From assembly GCF_000150275.1 (NCBI RefSeq), contig NW_002060943.1, positions 4,174,008 to 4,238,007 on the forward strand: 64,000 bases of DNA. The letters run 5' to 3'. Positions 54,614-64,000 of the stretch are shown here, piece by piece; within the stretch, counting starts at the first letter, position 1, and each line of letters opens with the position of its first letter. The notes under the pieces were generated by a model. That model had not been told where the DNA came from. It ran no database searches and worked only from the letters and a program-made list of their open reading frames with translations. The stretch comes from Trichoplax adhaerens (Eukaryota; Animalia; Placozoa). A program made the translations under genes and the position numbers.

Positions 54614-55019
54614 AATGAAATTGGGGGAAAAAAAAAAAATCAAGCAATTTTCGATGTTCTACACTGAGGTGCAAAATAGCAATCAGTACTGTTGACTGGA
54701 TTCAGCTACGATACTGAATACTCGTACTTCAAGCTTACTACAGTAAATTAAACTCCTGTACGCCAGGTATACAGTAGAATCTCTTGCAATAAATCAATCT
54801 CTAAGAGTAGAATTAATGAAGGTTCCAACTGTTTCAAATCTTCTCTAAGCTATAGTCGTTATGATTATGGCAGCACGAAAATTGAAAATGAATTTTTCGT
54901 CGACATGACAATTTGAGAGACAAAAATTAACTGACAACGGTGCCACTCGCATACTGTACACTATCCCTTCCAGACCAGACAAGTGTGCCACAACTAGGTA
55001 TTGCACAGGTATATATTGT

Positions 55020-55420
55020 CAGTACAACACAGTACAGTTGACTGAGTCGTCTACTGTACGTTCGTTCAATCAATAAACAGTGCGTTACTGTATTGTAGAA
55101 GTGTACAGTACAGTACTGTACTGTACTGGACTGGACTGTGTACAGTACAGTACGTGCCGTCGCATGGTATCATACTGTGCACTGTGCAGTAGAGATTCGA
55201 TTACATACAAAGAGCTTTTATCTACGCCGCAACGTTTGTTGCCGCTGAGTTTCTGACTCGTGATTGAAATTTATTCTTATCTGGTGCGAACTTCTGCGAC
55301 ATCACAGACGATTGGACAGCGAGCGAGTGACGGCTGACAGTACAGTACAAAAGAAGAACGTTTCAGCCTGACTGATGCCTTCACTCAGGCAAGCTGTTTT
55401 ACTGTACTGTATAGTAGTGT
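55020..55420. promoter_or_regulatory. TACAG/CTGTA pentamer cluster upstream of SHOC2 (candidate promoter element)
   Basis: gtacagtacagtactgtactgtactggactggactgtgtacagtacagtac at about 55103-55153. Role inferred from position only. Confidence 0.35.
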
Positions 55421-55677
55421 ACTGAACTAATTGTCAAATCACCGTGGTTTGCCTATAGTGTAGAGTATGTTACTTACGCGTGTACTGTAAGTATGCGTTA
55501 TGTGGTTGTTAGTACTGTACAAGCGTAAAAGCACAAAGTCCATCGTTATAAACTGTCTAGTACACTTTAAAGTGTACACTATACTGTACAGTATATTACA
55601 GTAAGTATGCGTTATGCAGTAGTTAGTACGAGCGTCAAAGCACAAAGTCCATCCCTAAAAACTGTACAGTGTACATT

Positions 55678-56522
55678 GTAATTCAGACCTGATCAGGCCG
55701 TCGCAAATGCGACTCAAGTTCACGCATCAGCCCTTTGACTACCGTTTTACATTGAACTCACTGCCACTGAAACACGGTGGTTTGGCTATGTGCATATTGT
55801 ACTGTACAGTGTACAGTATGGTACAGTAAGAACTGTATGCGTCGTAAACTGTCCAGTACACTGTACGTACTGTACAGTGTAATTCAGACCTGATCAGGTC
55901 ATCGCAGAGGCGACTCAAGCTCCCGCATCAGCCCTTTGACTACTGTACGTTTTACATTGAACTCACTGCAACTGTACCACGGTGGTTTGGCTATGTGCGT
56001 ATTGTACAGTACAGTGTATATTACAGTACTGTACTGTACGTCGTAAACTGTCCAGTACTGTACACTGTACTGTACGTCGTAAACTGTCCAGTACTGTACA
56101 CTGTACGTACAGTACAGTGTAATTCAGACCTGATCAGGTCATCGCAGATGCGACTCAAGCTCACGCATCAGCCCTTTAAATTTAATTTACATTGAACTCA
56201 CTGCAACTGTACCACGGTGGTTTGCCTATGTGTATATTGTACAGTGTACAGTATAGTACAGTAAGCACTGTATGCGTCGTAAACTATCTAGTACAGTACA
56301 CTGTATCTTCGGAAATATCCTTCTACGAATATAAATACTATACAGGAATTTCAACGGAATACAACTTTAATTTTTGAACCAAGGGGAGACATCGAAATAA
56401 TCAGATTGTACTGTACGTACAGTGTAATTCAGACCTCATCAGGTCATCGCAGAGGCGAGTCAAGCTTACGCATCAGCCCTTTGACTGCCGTTTTACATTG
56501 AACTCACTACGACTGTACCACG
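55678..56522. repeat. Four copies of a ~110 bp element separated by variable TACAG/CTGTA-rich linkers
   Basis: gtaattcagacctgatcaggtcatcgcagatgcgactcaagctcacgcatcagcccttt...ttacattgaactcact at about 55678, 55878, 56118 and 56423. Confidence 0.9.
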
Positions 56523-57199
56523 CACACTACAGTATTGTAACCAGTAGTACCGACTGGACAGTGTACAGTATTAGTAGCATTGGCCAGTAGCAAGATTGCT
56601 CGTTCACTAGCGATCAAAAAATATCTTATATTGATTTTTGATCGTTAGTAGTGAGTAGCCCTTATTAATATTTCAAGTTTTGAACGTTGAAATTGTTGAG
56701 AATTATCATTTTAAACGTACTGTGTAGTGCATAATGAGAACTAATGAGAACTAATGGGAACTGCTACATAGATCTCCAATCGTTTAACTTAATTATACGT
56801 ACAGTATAATAGACAAATGAAGCCAATGTCCGACTGTGGAGTTTGGAGTATACTGTACGCCCATTCAACCGAAACTACGAAAAATGAATACTGTACAGTG
56901 TACAATATGCACGCACACCGTCAACGCGTATACGGAGCCTACAGTGATATCAGTAATTGCGATCTAATTTAATTCAATTTCTTCCAAATCATTACAATAA
57001 ATGAAATAATACTAGGGATAGGAAACCCCCCCTGCTTTTCAATAAAAGCTTTATACAAGTAATACACCTAGGGTACAGAATAAATTGCCCATTCGTGTCT
57101 ACAGTAAACAATTCACATCCACTCCACCTGTAGATCTCTCGTTTTATTTTATTATAATAACCGTAGAGGTAAAAGAAAAGAAAACAGAGTACCTCTATG

Positions 57200-58083
57200 A
57201 TCTATCTATGATTATAATAATCACCTATTTGAAGGATTGACTACAAGGCGTCACTGGTGTTTATACGATCGGATATTAAAGCAATCGACCAAAACTGTTC
57301 CTGTTGCTTTTTTAACTGTGAAAATTTTTTAATACCATTTGGTAAATACTTGACGCTTTGCATTGACAGTAAGTCATCGCAGCCATAGCGCTACATTGCA
57401 TTTGTTAGAACATATCCCAAGATTTGCCCTAATAATCAATTCATTGGATACATCCACTGTCAATGATATCTACTGTCTGTGAAATAGATTGGGTTATGCC
57501 ATGGAATACTTTTAGTTATTATTGTACGGTACATAGAAGAACAAGGGTGAGTAAGGCTTTTCTCAATGTGCATTCATTTTCCTATTTTTTGCCAGTGTGC
57601 ATTGGGTCGTATAATACAGTACAGACTAACTACAAGGCAGTCTATTGGTAAAAATGATAATACGTACATTATATATATTTTTTTACAGTTTGAATACTTG
57701 ACATGGGCTGATGGGCGCCGTTCCTTTATTGATAGTCAGCAATGATAACTACTATATTATCGACCATCAAGACAGTACAGTACTTACGACGCCAGGTGCA
57801 TAAATAGACTATAGAAATAGGTAGCAATTGATTATTAAATCATCATGGATTATCCCAATTTGAACTTGTAACATATGACGTTAAGGAAAGTATCATCTGG
57901 TCTTGATCTTACCGTTAATTCGATCAGCTTGCTGATAAAACCACTTGGAAGCAGTCAATCGGTATAATGGCTTCGTATTCACAAGATGGGCTAGTACAAC
58001 TTTATGGTCAAGAATGGGTAATTCCTTGGGGCTATCTTGCAAATGAATTTACTACAGTCGTGTTTCTTTATAAATTGAATTAA
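57200..58083 (+). pseudogene. Possible decayed coding relic of unknown family
   Basis: Broken frames giving CEIDWVMPWNTF (ending at a gtgagt donor), FEYLTWADGRRSF (after a tttttacag acceptor) and GQEWVIPWGYL. No family recognised. Confidence 0.2.
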
Positions 58084-58749
58084 AATGATGAACTTTGTAT
58101 TATTAATTAATTCACGATTGACTACTAAAGCTGTTCTATGGCATTGGCCTACAAACTGATACTGTAGTCATATCGCTTTGCTGTAATTTACACGTATCTA
58201 TTAAAAATTGAAAAACTTTTCAGGCAGTCTGTGCAAAGGTTGTGTGACAATTTGCTGTGTTGTGTGATTGGTAGGCAGTCGCCAATTGTTGATTTAATCA
58301 ATTAACAATTCAACTATCATTGTTCATACAGTACTGTACTCACAGTACGACAGTATACAGTACAGTACTGTAGCAGTTCTACAGTACTGTACACTGTACA
58401 GCTGTATTGCTCAGTGGCACAGTACTGTACAGTACTCAGTGTACAGTACACTGTACAGTACTGTACTGTACGTCTGTACTACAGTACATTCCCACTCTAG
58501 TGTAAATACTGTACAGTGTACAGTACAGTATACACACGCGTGATCTTTTTCGTTTCCGATTCTTTAATATGAAGTTAGACACTTTAGTATTAACCAATGT
58601 AACATAATATATGACATATACATCAATCGACAACACATTAGTTGTTAATCCTAAATTTCCACATATAAAAAATTTATCGGATTTCGTAAAAAAATGCCCG
58701 CATATACAGTAATTAATACAGTATGTGCTGATTCATCGGATTGGAAAAG

Positions 58750-59480
58750 GATCATACTGTACAGTACTGTACTGTGTACTGTTACTACAGTACAATCCTC
58801 TACAGTAAGTGCGAGATAAAAGCACATTCAACAATTACTGGACATCAGGCATCTTGTTGTATTCTCTTGTTTATTTTATTGAAGTTTACCTCGAATTTTG
58901 TTATACGGTGCTCACAACTGAATCCAGTAGCACAAGTAGTTCCGTTGCATCCTCACTCTACTATAAACTTGCCGTACAATGTTAGTGTACAATGTATGTA
59001 CATATGAGTAAGGTGAGCGTGGGTGAGTGACAGATATAGTACAGTACACTCAAGATTGAGGCAAGAAGATTACATGACGCATCTTGTTTATTTACGGTAC
59101 TGTAATTTTACCTCTAGCTTATTCTACTGTTCGGTACCGCGGTAGTTGGATTGCTCAGTTGCTTTCTTTTTAGTCTACTGAGACAAGTAAAAAAAATCAA
59201 GAGAGCTAACTTACCCTACTCAGTATGCAAAACTAAAAAACTTGCAGCACTGTTCTCAGTAGCGTGACTTACCGTAGAAGCGGACAAGGGGTAGCAGTGA
59301 GTTAATCTACAGTATACTATCTATACTGTACAGTGTACAGTACTGTACGTGTACAGTACACTACAATCTACAGTACACTATATTGTACTGTACAGTACAG
59401 TCTACACTCAAGAATGACATGAGGCATCTTATTGTTTTCTCTTGTTTATTTAATTTTACCTCATCTTTGTTTATATAGAG
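58750..59480. repeat. Degenerate repeat, about 3 copies
   Basis: gcatctt...ttgtt...tttacctc at about 58849, 59079 and 59424, two of them preceded by tacactcaaga. Confidence 0.6.
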
Positions 59481-59684
59481 AGCTGTAACATGTCATGCTG
59501 CATACAGTCTCTGGATTGCATGACTGCATGATTAGGTCATCAGTGTGTTCGTTTGCGCACATTTTGCAGAATAACTGTTTGCATAACTGTATCCCACCTA
59601 CTATACTGTGTACCATGACTCATTGGTGAATCAGCGATTTCAAGTACTGTATAGAGATAGTTAGATAGGCAAAAAAGAGTAAAT

Positions 59685-59960
59685 ACTGTACTGTACTGAG
59701 TACAGTTTAATGTAGAAGAGTACGGCGCAGTGATTGCTCTAGGCCTTTGACTACGATGGCCCAGGAGTTGACGAACCGCCCTAAGTACAGTACTGTACTG
59801 TACTGTAGTAGCGGAGCAATGTCAACGAAATGAACCGTACTGTAGTGTACAGTGCACAGTGCACACTCACTGCACAGTACTATACTGTACTGTACTGTAC
59901 AGTACAGTACAGTACAGGACTGGAGAAATCCTATACTGTATACTGTACTGTAACTGTGAC
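59685..59960. promoter_or_regulatory. TACAG/CTGTA pentamer cluster upstream of TBC1D7 (candidate promoter element)
   Basis: tactgtactgtactgtacagtacagtacagtacag at about 59883-59917, about 200 bp 5' of the ATG. Role inferred from position only. Confidence 0.35.
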
Positions 59961-60108
59961 AAATGATCAGCATACTAGAGCAAGGTAGTTAACTAGGCCT
60001 GACCAACATGAAGTTAAACGATCCACCAAAATGGAGATTTACTATCGTTCATCGTTAGAGTTAAGGAGCATGGAATAACATCAAAAGAAAACTTATTCAG
60101 AATACGAA

Positions 60109-63100
60109 ATGGCTTTCTTAGGAAGAAATGTCCGTAGCAATTACTACGATACACTGGGATTTGTAAATGATCCTCATCGAAAACAAGGATTAGAAAATCT
60201 TTTAAAAGAGAATGTTATTGGTTGGTGGAGGAATACTGCATCATTCCTTTAATGATAATGTTTTTATTCAAGATTGTAGCCAATCTTCTTGACAATCAAT
60301 TTAACATCAACTCATATCATAGTCATACTAATCTTAAACCGTAATAATAGATGAATAATTGTACCAAGGGTAGAAGCACTTTCGATCGTTGTTGTACGTG
60401 CAGTGTATACTTTCCATGTTAATATCGCATATACAGTACTATACCTATATCTATGTGTCTATCAAACGTACTCTCCCTTGTGGATGAATGGAGCTGTAGT
60501 GATACAACATGCATACGTGTAAATAGATAGCGAAAGATCAATGTATTCTATTAAAATCGTTCTGTACCTGCAAGGTTTTATTGATATTCTGGTCTTGAAA
60601 CTACGTTTTAATTGTTAGCATACAAAGTATTGTTCGCTATTACACTACAATATTGGCGTAGTTTTCAAGCATTTTGCCGTGAAACACATAGCAGCTCGGA
60701 TGGACGTACCCCTTCACCCATATGCAATAATTAGATAAGAGTAAACATTTCAATATGATAGTTAAAATAACTTAAACTTGCTCGATAATTTAATATCTGG
60801 CCATGTCGTTAATTAGGCTATACAATAGACGGTATCTGGGATATACCCTTAGATGTAATAAGATGAGAGTAAATATTTCAATAATACAGTTAAATAATTT
60901 AGCTTACTGGATAAGCTAAGGGCTGGCCGTGTCGTTTATTATGCCGTACAATTTACAGTAGCTCGGATGTACCGGTATATGAATAATAATATGAGAATAA
61001 ATATATCAGTATTACAGTCAAATAATAAATTAGCTTGCTCGATAAATTGATATCTGCCTATGTCATTCAACTTTCAAAGTTTTTATTATATGAAACTTTG
61101 CTGTACCCTATCGACTCTAATCTACCAGCTTGCTATCATTGTCAAGATTGCCATTCTGTAACATATCTTAACGGCTAGCTTGATATTCTATCATTAATTA
61201 TAGCATAAGTAGCCAGTTGATACGCTAACTCATCAACTAATTGATCTGTTACTTTCAATACTTTATCAAGCTCGACCTATTTATTTCATATCATATAAGC
61301 GATTAATTGTTTATTCAAGATGTGACATAACAACTGTGCGATATTAAATGGAATCATTGGCGGTATAGAATCATTGAATCAAATTTTAAAATTTTCCCTT
61401 TTTTAATTGGCATCTTGTATACTTGTCTAGCGAGCCTAATATACATTATACTGTATTCTATTTAGCTAGAAAAGAATATAAATACAAGAAAATCATTACT
61501 TCAAGTATAAAATTATACAGGCGCCTTCGCTAATTTAAAATATCTTCTAGTATTAATTGCAAATAATAATTACAATAGTCTCAGAATACTGTAATTCTTA
61601 ATCGAGAAAGTTGATGCCAAATATACTTTGAGCTCCGTTGCTACTTTATCTGCATACGAGTGTGAGATAAACTAGTATTTCGGTGCACACGTATGCTCCT
61701 CCTATTTCATAATACGTCAGGGTTTACGCATAAAGTCCTGTAGTTGTCTAGTTTATATACAGTTAACGTTAGTATACTCGTACTAGATAACTATGACGTC
61801 TAAAGTACGTAAAGCTTAATTTAATGCCTGGATATACGCATGAATACAGATTACTAGTGAAGAGATTGTAGACTTTTTCTTTTAATATTTAATAGTTGTA
61901 TTATGTAATTGCGATAGATCTAGAATGATTGTGTTCATAATTACGTCCATAGATAGTTACAATGGTATGAAGCTGTGGGCGTAATGCAATAAACATAAAT
62001 TACTTCTTTACTGGAGTAAAAGAATAACTCAGTTTTGCTTTCTTATTATACTTTAAGATATAAAAGGTATCTCAACTTATCTACTTAAATTTGATATTCC
62101 AGCCAAATACCGTGTAATTATGTGGGAACTGCTATTAGGTAAGTTACTTTGTAAACCATTGTAAGTGATGCTTTAATAACCATTAATTGAATAAATTAGT
62201 ATTTACTTTAAAGTATTTATACTGTAGTGTAACTATTTCACAGTACTCATTCAGAAAGCAAAATATTTGCTAATAGTTGCAATGTGATCTCATCGATTTC
62301 GGATATCGATGATAGTATAAGTGTTACTGAAAGAAAAGATTGAATGTTCCTAAGCCTACTTATACTAGAAATAATAATACAATAAATTGATACCAGTAAA
62401 GCTTATTTATTCTCAGGATATAGCATTACTTCATATAGGAATTTTACCGAAACACCGAGAATGTCATACATTTATAACGACTCAGTTAAAGGAATCATAT
62501 CATGATCTTAAACGTGCGGCTTTGATTACGAATAAATCTGTTGACGAATCCAACAAGCCCAATTTGTTAATTAGCGTTTACTCATTAGAGCAAAATATTA
62601 ACCTAAATACTTATCAGGCAAGTATTACATTACTTTGATTATATTATTATACATAACAACGATTTTAATACCATAGATTACGAAATAGCATTCTAACGGG
62701 CTAAATTACATCCTTTTCATAAATATTTGCTCTTTAAATTCGTATAGGATTTTTATACTGTGAGTGAACCTATAAAACCGCTTGCCCGGTTAATTTTTAA
62801 TGTTGTTAAGCTAGAAGAAGAAGCCTATATGATATTTCGCTCGTTTGTAAAGTTACAGCAAAAGTGGTCAACATATACGAAGGCATTGGTAAATTTTCAG
62901 TTATTATGCATCTTTCACTGTACTACAATGTCGTTGCAAAATGATATTATTAGCAGATGGCTGTACTCCATGACTTGCTAGACTATGAATGCTTGTGTAA
63001 ATAATTAATTTTATTGCTTCTTTGCTGCTATATTAATGTTTTAAATTATTTTAGCAACTTCAAATGCAACACTTCCTGGAGCTAGAAGACCACGATCTTT

Positions 63101-63684
63101 ATCAATTTCTTGATAGCTCAAAGATTCTACCGTCATTGCCACTCTCAGAGTAATGAACATCAAACTCTATACACTTATTTGCACATTCGAAAGTAATGTA
63201 TACTGGAAAACACTTAAAGCCAGCTTATTGTCTTTAACTTTAATTTTATATAGGTGGTTTGAAACCTGTTATGCTGGAATACTACAAGATTCTACATTAC
63301 ATCGGTAGTGATTTTGTTCATTGAATGATATGTAAATCATCCTATTATGTTAACGACTGCAATAAAAAATTTTGACATATGTGTTATAGGATCCTGGATA
63401 AAGTTATCGCTGGTTCCAGACTTATTTTGTTGTTTGTAGCTATTACTATTTTGATATCTTTCAAAGAATCTATTATGACATGCAACGAAATCGAAATGCT
63501 ACCTAAAATAGTCAATGTATGTCACCTAACCTTGAAAAAATAATGTTAGCAATTGTTGTTTATAGCATTCAATTGCATTATCTGACACGTTATCATACTT
63601 AAATAGATTCCCTATGACAGAAGTGAAGCCATAGCGGCAAAATCGATCGAAACTTGGGAGAGATATGGAAGCTTATTAATATAG
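60109..63684 (+). CDS. TBC1D7: TBC1 domain family member 7 (TSC complex subunit); 8 coding exons
   Basis: Exons at about 60109-60220, 62058-62138, 62439-62617, 62748-62888, 63055-63149, 63254-63304, 63390-63516 and 63607-63684. Motifs RNVRSNYYDTLGF, PAKYRVIMWELLLGILP, WFETCYAGIL, ILDKVIAGSRLILLFVA and IPYDRSEAIAAKSIETW match TBC1D7. Confidence 0.93.
60690..61065. repeat. Degenerate ~128 bp tandem repeat, 3 copies (TBC1D7 intron 1)
   Basis: agagtaaa(c/t)atttca...cttgctcgataa...ggccatgtcgtt-like blocks at about 60738, 60866 and 60993. Confidence 0.75.
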
Positions 63685-64000
63685 CAAGTAAAAGTTGTAC
63701 GTTAAATGATACAATCTGTAATATTTATTAGCTTGGGTAACGTAGCAGAATAATCGTTAGGCTACTGTCTATATTGTCATTTAATGTTGAATTAGATGTT
63801 TTATAACTTATACAACGCGTTATTATTATAACAGGAGAAATTTTTTATAATCAATGACCGTCAAACTGGTTATTACCTTTGCAAAAATCCTTCTATTTTA
63901 TAGGTCCAAAAGGTGTAATTACAGTATATTATATTTTATTGATGATTACAATTAATCAGTTCCATTATATTTGTAATTTACTGTTAGTTAACATTTTATT

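Noticed and set aside
55678-56522. CRISPR-like repeat-spacer appearance
   Set aside because: The repeats are ~110 bp, the linkers are related low-complexity sequence, the context is eukaryotic and there are no cas genes.
55995-59973. Tyr/Cys/Thr/Val-rich ORFs
   Set aside because: They are translations of the TACAG/CTGTA pentamer repeats.
159-63684. U12-type (minor) introns, prompted by the presence of SCNM1
   Set aside because: No RTATCCTT donor was found at any reconstructed exon boundary.

Overview
Eukaryotic, AT-rich, intron-dense animal genomic DNA with many ~80-130 bp introns. Gene content and compactness suggest a placozoan such as Trichoplax, but this is inference. Six spliced protein-coding genes can be reconstructed by hand: SCNM1 (+, 5' part outside the window), RSPH14/RTDR1 (-), an A1CF/RBM47-family RRM-RRM-RRM-dsRBD protein (-), KIF21 kinesin-4 with WD40 tail (+), SHOC2 (-) and TBC1D7 (+). 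A1CF/KIF21 and SHOC2/TBC1D7 are divergent pairs. The long first introns and 5' flanks of A1CF and KIF21 (about 13-23.5 kb and 30.5-34 kb) carry many unrelated local tandem duplications (26-240 bp units), several with fold-back structure. Clusters of (TACAG)n/(CTGTA)n palindromic pentamers lie near gene 5' ends. Three GC-AG introns are inferred. No rRNA, tRNA, CRISPR array or intact transposase was recognised. Most short ORFs in the supplied track are exon fragments or noise.
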